Assembly (NCBI GenBank): GCA_963813345.1
Contig: CAWEYR010000010.1
Location: forward strand, 70,592 to 134,591
Length of the DNA: 64,000 nt
Direction: 5' to 3'
From: an uncultured Acidobacteriota bacterium
GTDB lineage: Bacteria; Acidobacteriota; Blastocatellia; RBC074
Shown here one piece after another: positions 31,642-41,640 of the stretch. Below the pieces are notes generated by a model. The model saw only the letters and a program-made list of their open reading frames with translations, had not been told where the DNA came from and searched no databases. Position 1 is the first letter of the stretch. Each line of letters starts with the position of its first letter. A program made the translations under genes and the position numbers.

Positions 31642-31767
31642 CGCCTGGGAGCGCCGGCCTCCGGCCGGCCACGAGCCGCGAAGCGTGCGAGTCGTGGAGA
31701 GTCCTTGTGCTGAAGACTCGCACGCTTCGCGGCTCGTGGCCGGCCGGGAGGCCGGCGCTCCCAGGCG
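31642..31767. repeat. Long family C' REPIN (copy 1)
   Basis: ~52-bp inverted arms around the loop GTGGAGAGTCCTTGTGCTGAA. Confidence 0.9.
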
Positions 31768-31792
31768 CGCTGCAAGGTACCTAAGTTCTATT

Positions 31793-32832
31793 ATGCTTAC
31801 ATTCGACGATATTCTTGCGGCGCGCACACGCATTGAAGGAGTCGCGCATCGCACACCAGTGATCACATCGCGACAATTCAATCGCGACGCCGGGTGTCAG
31901 GTCTATCTTCAAATGCGAAAACCTTCAGCGCGCTGGCGCCTTCAAGTTTCGTGGTGCCTACAACCGGATCGCGTCGCTCAGTCCTGAGGAACGCAAGCGT
32001 GGAGTCCTTGCCTACTCTTCCGGAAATCATGCTCAGGCTGTTGCCCTCGCTTCGAGCCTCTTCGACATTCACGCGACGATTGTCATGCCAGAAGATGCTC
32101 CGCGTTTGAAGGTCGAGGCGACGCGCAGTTATGGTGCGGAGATCGTTTTTTACAACCGGTACACCGAGAACCGTGAAGAGACCGGCGAACGTCTTAGCAG
32201 GGAGCGGGGACTCGCTCTTGTACCACCTTACGACGACTATGCCGTTATGGCTGGCCAGGGAACGGTGGCACTCGAGCTTCTTGAAGAGGTGCCGGGTCTC
32301 GAATATCTGCTGGTGCCGGCGAGTGGCTGCGGGCTTCTGGCCGGATGCGCAACTGCAGCCAGACATATGATGCCTGGTATTCCGCATTTACGGAGTCGAA
32401 CCGGAAGCTGGAAATGACACCTGGCAATCGTTTCGCAAGGGTGAGCGTGTCGAGATAGCAGTTCCAAAAACGATCGCCGACGGACTGCAGACTTCAGCCC
32501 CCGGCAAACTGACATTTCCGATAGTCAAGGAACACGTCAACGATATCCTGCTTGTCAGCGACAACGAACTCATTGAAACATTGAGTTTCATTCTGCAACG
32601 CGCAAAGGTTCTTGTTGAACCTTCAGGGGTTGCCGGCGCTGCAGCCGTCCGTCACCAGAAACTGGATTGCCGCGACGCTCGTGTTGGTGTCGTACTGTCT
32701 GGCGGAAACGTAGATCCCGAGAAACTCTCACAATACCTGGTAGCAACGGGCATTAGTAGTGCCGCTGGGAGCGCGGCTCCGGGCCGGCCACGAGCCGCGA
32801 AGCGTGCGAGTCGTGGAGAGTCCTCGTGCTGA
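31793..32832 (+). CDS. Second PLP-dependent serine/threonine dehydratase or racemase-like protein, frameshifted
   Basis: KCENLQRAGAFKFRG, YSSGNHAQ, TIADGLQT, LSGGN across three frames. Confidence 0.85.
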
Positions 32833-32900
32833 AGACTCGCACGCTTCGCGGCTCGTGGCCGGCCCGGAGGCCGGCGCTCCCAGGGGCGGTACAACGTACC
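32756..32900. repeat. Long family C' REPIN (copy 2) nested in family B remnants
   Basis: 32765-32884 nearly identical to 31645-31765 in the same orientation; flanked by GTAGTGCCGC and GGCGGTACAACGTACC. Confidence 0.9.
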
Positions 32901-32983
32901 CTTTGGACTTCATGCCTTAGCTTTGCACTTCTCCTCGCCAAAAGATAAAATGGCAGTCTTTGGCTCGTGTTCCTGAAATCCCT

Positions 32984-33847
32984 ATGTCCTGGTTCAAGCG
33001 CAAGGACGAAAAGATTGTTGACATAACGCCGCCCGAAGAGCGAACGGTAAAGACTGAAGGCATTTTCGCGAAATGCGAGAATGAGCAATGCGGCGCAACA
33101 ATCTATCGAAAAGACCTCCGCGCAAACCTTAGTGTCTGTCCACAGTGTGCCTATCACTTCCGGATCACTGCGCGCGAACGTCTGCAATTGCTCTTCGATA
33201 ATGGAGAATACGAAGAGCGCGACCGGGACATCGCGCCAACCGATCCGCTCGGCTTTGTTGATCAGTCGTCTTACCTCGATCGCCTCAAGCGAAGTCAGAA
33301 GACGACAGGGCTCCTTGATGCTGTCATAATCGCTGAAGGCAAGCTTTCCGGCCGGAAGCTGGTAATCGCTGCCATGGAGTTCAACTTCATCGGTGGCAGC
33401 ATGGGCTCAGTAGTAGGTGAGAAGATTACACTTGCGATCGAGTATTGCCTTGAAAAGCGGTTACCGCTGCTGATTGTGTCATGTTCCGGCGGAGCGCGGA
33501 TGCAGGAAGGAGTTCTCTCGCTCATGCAAATGGCGAAGATATCCGCAGCGCTTGCGCGACTGGATGAGGCTCGTTTGCCTTATATCTCGCTTATGACGAA
33601 TCCCACTACCGGCGGAGTCACCGCCAGTTTTGCAATGCTGGGTGATCTGAACATTGCTGAACCCGGAGCGATTATCGGCTTTGCAGGCTCGCGCGTGATC
33701 GAACAGACGATCCGGCAGAAGCTTCCCAAAGGATTTCAACGCTCTGAATTTCTGCTGGATCATGGAATGCTTGACGCTGTTGTAGACCGCCGGCAGTTGA
33801 AGGAGTTTCTTTCAAAAGCGCTTCTATTTGCCGGTCCCGACGCCTGA
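32984..33847 (+). CDS. accD: Acetyl-CoA carboxylase carboxyltransferase subunit beta
   Basis: Zinc finger C..C..VCPQC, GGSMGSVVGEK, SGGARMQEG, PTTGGVTASF. Confidence 0.97.
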   Translation: MSWFKRKDEKIVDITPPEERTVKTEGIFAKCENEQCGATIYRKDLRANLSVCPQCAYHFRITARERLQLLFDNGEYEERDRDIAPTDPLGFVDQSSYLDRLKRSQKTTGLLDAVIIAEGKLSGRKLVIAAMEFNFIGGSMGSVVGEKITLAIEYCLEKRLPLLIVSCSGGARMQEGVLSLMQMAKISAALARLDEARLPYISLMTNPTTGGVTASFAMLGDLNIAEPGAIIGFAGSRVIEQTIRQKLPKGFQRSEFLLDHGMLDAVVDRRQLKEFLSKALLFAGPDA

Positions 33848-33849
33848 GC

Positions 33850-34880
33850 ATGCCTCGAATCCCTCGAATGCCTTCAATGACCACGGCTACGACGATCCTT
33901 TTCTTCGTGATTTCTTTTATCTCGCCGGCATGCCCGAGCAGCCAATCGAAAGGATCAAGTGCTGAGACGACTCCTGCCCCGGCTGCGACTGCGGAGACAA
34001 AGTCACAGTCGCAGACGCGCACGACTCCCTTTGATGCAGATCGCGCATTTGCTCATGTCAAAGCGCAGGTCGACCTCGGTCCACGGCCAGCAGGGTCGAC
34101 CACACTCGAAAAGGCGCGGGAATATATTACTGCGCGAGCTCAAGAGCTACGGTTTGCCTGTTTCTTTAGTGGAGTTTCAGGCGAAGACACCGAAGGGCAA
34201 AGTGGCAATGAAGAACATCATTGCCGAGCTTCCGGGAAGCTCGCCGGAAGTCATCATTCTTGCCAGCCATTACGATACAAAGCCGTACAATGAGTTCACA
34301 TTCGTCGGAGCGAATGATGGCGGATCGAGCACTGGAGCGCTTCTTGAGATAGCGCGCGTGCTCAAGCAACAGGGGCCGCGGAAGTTCACCTATCAGTTCG
34401 TGTTCTTTGATGGCGAGGAAGCATTCTGCGAAGGCTGGAGCGAGTGCCTGGGTGGCAAGGACAATACCTACGGCAGCCGGCACATGGCAGATCAGCTTCG
34501 CGCTACAGGACAGCTGAAAAAGATCAAGGCTCTTATTCTTCTCGATATGATCGGAGACAAGGTATCTGACGATACCACGCGAGCAGAGCTCTACTGGCTG
34601 GCTGGTAGACTCGATCTGGGGAACAGCAGCAGAGCTCGGATATCAGAAGGAGTTTCCGAGCCGCACGTTTGCGGTTGGCGATGACGATCATATGCCCTTC
34701 ATCCGCGCCGGCATACCGGCTGTAGATATTATCGACCTTGAGTATGGTGTAGGTCTGGAGGACAATCGTTACTGGCACACAAAAGAAGATACACTTGATA
34801 AGCTCAGCCCCCGCAGTTTGAAAATCGTGGGAGACATAGTGATCCTGAGCCTCCCCAGGATCGAGTCGCAGATCCGCTAA
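33850..34880 (+). CDS. M28 peptidase / glutaminyl cyclase-like putative lipoprotein, frameshifted
   Basis: SHYDTK, GANDGGSSTG, FDGEEA, LLDMIGD, DDHMPF, YWHT. Confidence 0.85.
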
Positions 34881-34956
34881 TCCACATCTGGCTGGAATAC
34901 AATTTCGCTCGGACTGTGAGCTTTTTGTCGCGTGATCGCAGGGAAGGACGGGGTGG

Positions 34957-35199
34957 ATGAACAAGTGGGAGTACTTGACTGTTGACTGGGGCGAAATCCG
35001 TAAGATCGGTTCACGAATCACTGGAGAGGATTTCATCGACGCAAACGTCGATGCCGGGCTCAACTCTCTCGGACAGGAAGGATGGGAGCTTGTGAGCGTT
35101 TACGTCGATGGCTATGCCGTTCATCGAAGCAACAAGGGCGAGGAGCTGCTCTCGAGCAGCCGCTACGTAAAATACACGTTCAAGCGGCCCGCAAGCTGA
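34957..35199 (+). CDS. DUF4177 family protein
   Basis: KWEY.. LNSLGQEGWELVSV ..FKR. Confidence 0.85.
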   Translation: MNKWEYLTVDWGEIRKIGSRITGEDFIDANVDAGLNSLGQEGWELVSVYVDGYAVHRSNKGEELLSSSRYVKYTFKRPAS

Positions 35200-35209
35200 A
35201 CATTCATCA

Positions 35210-35470
35210 ATGTCCTCACCACAAATTGATCGGCTGGCAGACTTCCTCTCATCGATTCTCAATGAGCGGGAAGAGTTAACTTTACTCTTATATACACCCT
35301 TTGGAATTGCGCGCGGAAAGCTCAAGCGCGGATCAATCGGTGAAGCCTTCGAGCTTCGCGATGTAACGGTCGAGCACTACTCGAATCATCTTCCCACCGG
35401 TCATTACAAAAGCCTGCTGATAACCCTGTCAGACGTCCAGGGCTGCGCCGTGCTCGAAGAGTACCTGTAA
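35210..35470 (+). CDS. Small hypothetical protein
   Basis: 86-aa ORF co-oriented with the upstream gene. Confidence 0.65.
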   Translation: MSSPQIDRLADFLSSILNEREELTLLLYTPFGIARGKLKRGSIGEAFELRDVTVEHYSNHLPTGHYKSLLITLSDVQGCAVLEEYL

Positions 35471-35475
35471 GTGCA

Positions 35476-35583
35476 ATTTGGAGTGCGGCGACCTGGCGCC
35501 GCTTCAGCTTGCTCCTTCGGATTACGTGCGTCGCGAAGACTCAAGCGGCGCCAGAGACGCCGCACTCCAATTGGCGCTCCCAG
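35476..35583. repeat. Family D REPIN carrying family A and C fragments
   Basis: TTGGAGTGCGGCGACCTGGCGCCGCTT / AAGCGGCGCCAGAGACGCCGCACTCCAA; internal GCTTCAGCTTGC and trailing GGCGCTCCCAG. Confidence 0.85.
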
Positions 35584-35586
35584 CAT

Positions 35587-35826
35587 CTACACCTTTTTGC
35601 GGGTGCCAGTGGCGTGGTCGATGACTTCCTTGATGTCCTTGAAGACTATCTTGGTGATCTTTCCTTCGGTGTTGCGAATCTTGACTGCGGGCTTGCTGAA
35701 GGGCTGAGTGCTACGCAGATTGTCGATCTTACCTCGTGCGTGCCGGCCATCAATCGCAATGACTTCGACGTCGGAACTGTCAAGCATTGACTGCAGGATC
35801 TCCATCATCGAAAAGAAGTCAGTCAC
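35587..35826 (-). CDS. Small hypothetical protein
   Basis: GAGGGG RBS and GTG start overlapping the upstream stop. Confidence 0.65.
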   Translation of the reverse strand: MTDFFSMMEILQSMLDSSDVEVIAIDGRHARGKIDNLRSTQPFSKPAVKIRNTEGKITKIVFKDIKEVIDHATGTRKKV

Positions 35827-36713
35827 GATTGGCCCCTCAAAATGGAATCCAAGAACCGAGAAGCGCCGCCGCTGAAGCCTCGCGCGCGCCCGGCGGCGAC
35901 GCAAGAAGAACTACGGCCTGAACGGCGTTGAATACAAAGTGCGTCGCGACACACGGCAACAATTGCCCGGTAAAAGCGCGCAAAAGCGTCAATACAAGAC
36001 TCAACGAGAGAATTGCGGCAATCGCGGCGGGACTTCCCCAGTACTGAGGAACGTGAACGATGGCAAAGAGCAGGGTCACTAGTGTAACCGCAGATCTTCC
36101 ACCCACTCGCGTTCTCAATCGGCGCATAAATCAGCCCACGATAAACGATCTCTTCGACAAATGGAGCAGTCGCAACTGCAAGAATCACGATGAAGATGCG
36201 CACCGAGAACCCCAGATCGAGCAATCGTTCAAAGTCTGTCTTGCCGTGTGGCAGTACCCTCTCGAGAATGAGTGCGAACCCAAGCATCATCAACGCGAGC
36301 GCGACTGCATGAATTGACTTGAACTGGGGGTGCCATTTCCACCCGAGTGTCTGCCAGAACGGCCTCGTTCCGCGACCCGTAACCACCCACCAGCAGAAGA
36401 CCAGAGTGATGCCGTGCGCAATGAGTGTCGCCACGAGCGTTGCCATAGCCAGCGGAGTATTCAATTCGAAGGCAGGTCGCTCGCCAGTCCAGTACCAGCC
36501 GATACCCAGATAGAGGAATGCCGCGACCAACTGAAGCACAAAGAGAACTACAACGCTCGCAATCCAGACAAGGAAAGCCTTGCCAACGCCCCAACTTCGC
36601 TGAACGGAAGCGGAAGGAGGTGGAGTCAATTCGGAGGCGCAGCGCGGACATGAACTCGCATACGCGTGTTCCAGAGGAAAACCGCACTGATTGCATACTG
36701 CTGTTACAGACAC
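35823..36713 (-). CDS. CPBP/Abi family intramembrane glutamic endopeptidase with N-terminal zinc ribbon; frameshift near 36095
   Basis: CNQC..CPRC, APFVEEIVYRG, FAIVH, CVATHFVFN. Confidence 0.85.
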   Translation of the reverse strand: MSVTAVCNQCGFPLEHAYASSCPRCASELTPPPSASVQRSWGVGKAFLVWIASVVVLFVLQLVAAFLYLGIGWYWTGERPAFELNTPLAMATLVATLIAHGITLVFCWWVVTGRGTRPFWQTLGWKWHPQFKSIHAVALALMMLGFALILERVLPHGKTDFERLLDLGFSVRIFIVILAVATAPFVEEIVYRGLIYAPIENASGWKICGYTSDPALCHRSRSSVLGKSRRDCRNSLVESCIDAFARFYRAIVAVCRDALCIQRRSGRSSSCVAAGRARGFSGGASRFLDSILRGQS

Positions 36714-36734
36714 CGGTGGAATCTACTTTCTTTT

Positions 36735-36802
36735 GTACGTTGTACCGGCTTTAGCCGGAATCTTCGAATTTCAGGATTCCGCCTGAAGGCGGTACAACGT
36801 AC
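36735..36802. repeat. Family B REPIN with covarying arms
   Basis: Left stem CCGGCT-TT-AGCCGG, right stem CCGCCT-GA-AGGCGG; overlaps the NUDIX 3' end. Confidence 0.9.
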
Positions 36803-37352
36803 CTGCCATAAGCAGCGCGATTAAGGTCTTTGAGTCTTCGATCTCGCCCTTCTTCGCAAGCTCAATTGCCTCTTCTAAGGGCAAGTAAACGACGTCGAGT
36901 GTTTCATCCTCATCCAGGTCCTGGCGGGCTTTTTCAAGACCGGTTGCCAGAAAAACATGTAGCTTCTCTTCGCAGAAGCCAGGAGTCGAATAAAACTCGG
37001 CAAGCTTCTCCATCTTGCCAGGACGCGCGCCAATCTCGGCTTCGATCTCCCGACGCGCACAGTCATCCGGGGATTCGCCCACTTCTATCCTGCCAGCGGG
37101 AATCTCGAGAACCTCACGTCCCGCCGGATGACGATACTGCCTGACGAGCGCAACTCTTCCGTCAGCAAATACCGGAAGTCCTCCGGCGCCTCCCGGATGG
37201 CGCACAACTTCGCGGACGATCTCGCGGCCGTTCTCGTCAAGGAGACGATCGTGGTCAACGTCAAAAATCAGTCCTTTGAAAATTCGGGTCGACTCAATAA
37301 GGCGTGGTGGCAAAGCTTTTTCCGACCTACCTGGGTTTGATTTCGCGGCCAT
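36771..37352 (-). CDS. NUDIX hydrolase (ADP-ribose pyrophosphatase-like)
   Basis: REVVRHPG, QYR, EIPAGRIE..ARREIEAEIG, STPG. Confidence 0.9.
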   Translation of the reverse strand: MAAKSNPGRSEKALPPRLIESTRIFKGLIFDVDHDRLLDENGREIVREVVRHPGGAGGLPVFADGRVALVRQYRHPAGREVLEIPAGRIEVGESPDDCARREIEAEIGARPGKMEKLAEFYSTPGFCEEKLHVFLATGLEKARQDLDEDETLDVVYLPLEEAIELAKKGEIEDSKTLIALLMAGTLYRLQAES

Positions 37353-38349
37353 TTACAGCAGGTGCGCAGGAAATAGCTTCGCGCAGTTTGTCGATGACGA
37401 TCCGGCTCAGCTCGTCATATGAGGCGCTGATGGTGAACCCTGCAGCATTGCAGTGACCACCTCCGCCGAACTGCTCTGCAACGCGGGCGACATTGACGCG
37501 ATTCTTCGAACGCAAACTGATTCGATAGGTCGAAGCCGCGAGCTCGCGAAAAAACGCAACCGCCTCGACATCGCCGACAGTGAGCGGGTAGTTGATGATT
37601 CCGTCGGAGTCGTCTTCTGTTGCTCCGGTTTCATCCATCGCATCCTTGGTCATTTTGATCCACGCGATACGCCCGCTTTCGTCTCGTTCAAGCGTCGACA
37701 GCACGCGACCAACCAGCTGCACTTTGGCATAAGGGTAGGAATAGAAGATCGCCTGCGAAAGCTTGGCAGGCTGCGCTCCGTGACGTACCAGCTCGCTCGC
37801 GATTTTAAACGTTCTTTCAGTAGTGTTTGAAAAGTGGAACGAACCTGTGTCCGTAAGCAGCGCAGCATAGACACAGCTTGCAAGCTCTGGTGTGATCCTG
37901 GCTCCGATCGCCTTGGCGAGGTTGTAGACCATTTCGCCTACAGCCGCCGCCGTTGAGTCGATCCAGTTGATGTCGCCAAAAAGCTCGGTCGTAGAGTGGT
38001 GATCAATATTGACCACGAACTCGCGCTCGAGACCTGGCAGGCCGGGCCGTGACACATCACTGCACTCAATCACAAAGACCGCGTCATACTTGCGATCGAC
38101 CGCAGGAACCACTCGCACCTCATCGGCACCCGGGAGTTTCGCGTAGGCGTGAGGTACCGTGTCGCACATCACCACTTCTGCATCCTTCTTGAGCCCTTTG
38201 AGTATCCAGCACAGGGCGAGCGACGAGCCCAGGCTGTCGCCATCGGGTCTGATGTGCGATGTAATCGCGAAACGATTTTGTTTCTCAATAGATCTCATAA
38301 CCTGACTTAGCATATCAACTGACTCCGGCTTCTTTCTCGCTTTGCGCAA
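37327..38349 (-). CDS. nrnA: DHH-family oligoribonuclease/PAP phosphatase
   Basis: HIRPDGD, IDHH, TDTGSF, SLRS, GGGH. Confidence 0.9.
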   Translation of the reverse strand: MRKARKKPESVDMLSQVMRSIEKQNRFAITSHIRPDGDSLGSSLALCWILKGLKKDAEVVMCDTVPHAYAKLPGADEVRVVPAVDRKYDAVFVIECSDVSRPGLPGLEREFVVNIDHHSTTELFGDINWIDSTAAAVGEMVYNLAKAIGARITPELASCVYAALLTDTGSFHFSNTTERTFKIASELVRHGAQPAKLSQAIFYSYPYAKVQLVGRVLSTLERDESGRIAWIKMTKDAMDETGATEDDSDGIINYPLTVGDVEAVAFFRELAASTYRISLRSKNRVNVARVAEQFGGGGHCNAAGFTISASYDELSRIVIDKLREAISCAPAVNGREIKPR

Positions 38350-38767
38350 GTGCGCTCTGCTCGTCGTCGCCCTCCAGGGGGCTTTCTGATGCGCCTTCCG
38401 AAGGCGTTTCTGTGCTGAAACCGGTTGTCTCCTTTTTCACTTCCTCGAGTATCTCTTCCATCCGCGCGCCCGTCTCGACTGATGGGTCGAAAACAAAAAC
38501 CAACTCAGGGCTATGCCTCAAACGCATCCGCGAGCTCAGTTGCCGGCGGATGAATCCCGACGCCCTGTTGAGAGCCTCGAGCGTCCGCTTGACATCTTCC
38601 TGGGAACCGAGAACGCTGACGTAGACTTTTGCCTGACGCTGATCAGGGCTGAGGCGAGCACTGGTCACGGTCGCAAAACCAACACGAGGATCTCGTACCT
38701 CCAGCAGAAGTATCTCGCCGATCCTCATTTTCAATTCCTGTGCGAGCCTTTCGGCACCGTGAGCCAT
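38315..38767 (-). CDS. rbfA: Ribosome-binding factor A
   Basis: VRDPR, LSPD..AKVYVS, LRHSPELVF; follows infB. Confidence 0.95.
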   Translation of the reverse strand: MAHGAERLAQELKMRIGEILLLEVRDPRVGFATVTSARLSPDQRQAKVYVSVLGSQEDVKRTLEALNRASGFIRRQLSSRMRLRHSPELVFVFDPSVETGARMEEILEEVKKETTGFSTETPSEGASESPLEGDDEQSALAQSEKEAGVS

Positions 38768-38771
38768 TAGC

Positions 38772-41640
38772 CTATAACTGGGTGGCGGCCACCTTTTCGG
38801 TAATGTAGGCTTCGATCACGTCGCCCACCTTGTAGTCGTTGAATCTTTCGATCGTAATTCCGCATTCAAAGCCCTGAGCAACTTCGCTCACGTCATCCTT
38901 GAAACGCCGCAGACTTCCAATCGGAGTATCAAAAATCACCACACTGTCACGAATCAGACGGCCTCGCGCCGTTCTCTTTATTGATCCGCTGGTGACCATG
39001 CATCCTGCAATGTTGCCGATCTTGGGAACCCGGATCACGTCCCTGATCTCAGCCTTGCCGATGACGGTCTCCTTGATCGTCGCGTCCAGCATCCCGATCA
39101 TCGCGGCACGAATCTCTTCCTCAACCTTATAGATGATCGAGTGAAGCCGGATATCGACGTCTTCCTGCCTTCCGACCTCGTCGGCGCGCGCCTCGGGGCG
39201 AACGTTGAACCCAATGATGACCGTCGCCGCACCTGCCGTCGTCACGTTAGACGCACTTGCGAGCAGAACATCGGACTCGGTGATCGCTCCAACGCCGGAA
39301 CGAATAATCCGTACCTTGACGCGGTCCGTCGAAAGCTTGACCAGCGTATCCTTGAGAACCTCGACCGAACCCTGGACGTCGGCCTTCAGAATCACAAGCA
39401 GTTCCTTGACCTCGCCTGCCTCGAGTTGCGCATGCAACTGATCGAGACCGCGCGCCGCTGTGCGCGAAAGCGCCTGCATTCGTGCTTTCGATTGACGAAA
39501 CTCTGAAATCTGCTGCGCCTTCGTAATGTCGGTTACGGCCTGGAATTGATCTCCGGCCGATGGAACGCCCTGAAGTCCAAGCACTTCAACCGGCGTCGAT
39601 GGCCCGACTTCCTGCACCTGACGTCCGCGATCATCGATCAGCGCCCGCACGCGCCCGAAGAAATTGCCGACGATGAACGGATCGTGGATATGCAGTGAGC
39701 CGTTCTGTATGAGCAGCGTCGCAACCGCACCACGACCGCGATCCAGCTTGGCCTCGAGCACAGTTCCCGTCGCCAGTCGTTTGGGATTCGCCTTAAGATC
39801 GAGAATGTCGGACGTCAACAGGATCATCTCGAGGAGCGAATCAATGTTCTGGTTCTTCTTCGCTGAAACCTCAACCATCGTAGTCGTACCGCCCCAGCTG
39901 TCCCAAAGCAGACCTCGATCCGCAAGCTCCTTCTTGACTCGTTCAGCATTGGCGTCGGGTTTGTCGACCTTGTTGATCGCAACAACGATCGGAACGTTGG
40001 CAGCCCTCGCGTGTTCGATCGCCTCGATCGTCTGAGGCATTACTCCGTCATCCGCCGCGACCACGAGCACAACAACGTCCGTGACCTTGGCGCCGCGGGC
40101 ACGCATCAGTGTGAACGCTTCGTGACCCGGCGTGTCCAGAAACACGATGCGGCGTTGTTTGGTCGGATCATCGGGATTGGTCACGTCGACTGCATAGGCT
40201 CCGATGTGCTGAGTTATCCCGCCAGCTTCACCTTCAGCGACGCGCGCCTTCACGAATCGCATCGAGCAGGCTCGTCTTGCCGTGATCGACGTGTCCCATG
40301 ACTGTCACCACGGGCGCGCGCGTGTCAGTATCTTCCATCGCCTCAGGCGTGACTTCGAATTCTGACTCGATCGTCATGTCTTCGAACGCACCAACCGAAA
40401 CGTCGAATCCGAACACTCGGCCGATTTCCTGCGCTACGTCAGGATTCAGCGTCTGGTTGATGGTCGCCATAATGCCGCGTTCAAAGAGCAGCGAAACCAC
40501 ATCTTTCGGTTTGACTTCGAGCTTGTCAGCGAACTCGCGAACCGTCGTTCCTTCGACCACACGAATCGGCTTGAGGTCTGTGGGAATCACGCGGACCTTT
40601 GGAGGCACGATCGGTGTCGGCCCTCTGCGGGACGATATCTTGAGCTGATGTCCTTCCTGGCGGTCTGGCTGACCTCCGCGCGGTCGCGTGCTGTGCCGGC
40701 CCTTATGCCGCGTGTCTTTCGGCGGTATATAGACGCTTCGCTGTTGTGCCCCAGAAGGCAGTAAGTGAGGTTCGCTACTTGCTGAAGCGTCGGTTCTGAC
40801 ACTGCGCGTCAGACGCTCTTGGAGGTTGCCGGTCGATCGAGTCCCCGGTAGTACTCGTTCTGGGCGACGTGGATGTCGTCGAGCGACCCGCAGTCGTCGC
40901 GGGAGTCCGCGCCGCTGGAGTTGCCGTCGGAGACGCGGGTGGCCGTGGCCGCGGTGTCAGCCTGATCACACTTGTCCCAGCGGTCCGATCCGGAACTCGT
41001 GGCGGATGCGCAGGGGACAACGGTCGCGATGAAGGAGTCGGCGTAGCAGGAGGCGTAATTGTAGTTTCGGTTGTAGTGGTCGCTGGAGCCGGTTCAACGG
41101 GCGCGGTCTCTGCCTCAAGCGCCGGCGCTTCCGCCGCGCAGCAGCAGGCTCGATCTCGACCTCTTCAGCCTCTTCGACCTCGGGCTCGATAGGGACCAAA
41201 GGTGCCGTATCAGGAACAGCAGCAGGAATCGGAGCCGGAGCTGGCGGTTGAGGAACAAGCTTCACGACGCGCGCGCGAGGCTGTTCGATAGTCTGAGTCG
41301 ATGGCGCCGCCTCTACCTGCGGAACGGGAGCGGCTTCCACGACTTCGGGCTCTTGTGCTGGAGCGGCAGCCGACCCTTCCGCCGTTGGAAGCGGTGCCGT
41401 CTGCTTAACAGTCTTGACGAGGCGCGCCGTGCGATGAATGTTCGGAGCGTCTTTCTTCGGGTAGTAGGTTTCCCGAATCTTCTCGGCAATATTATCGTCG
41501 AGCGTGTTCGATGGCACGCTGACATCGACGCCGAGCCGTCGCGCGTCTTCAAGCACCTTGCGGTTCTCGAGCTTCAATTCTTTGGCTAACTCGTAAATTC
41601 TGACCTTGCCCATGGATTCCTTTGAGGCTGCATCATTCAC
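38772..41640 (-). CDS. infB: Translation initiation factor IF-2, several frameshifts
   Basis: KVRIYELAKEL, MGHVDHGKT, GGITQHIG, DTPGHEAF, NKVD, LRRFKDDV. Confidence 0.97.
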
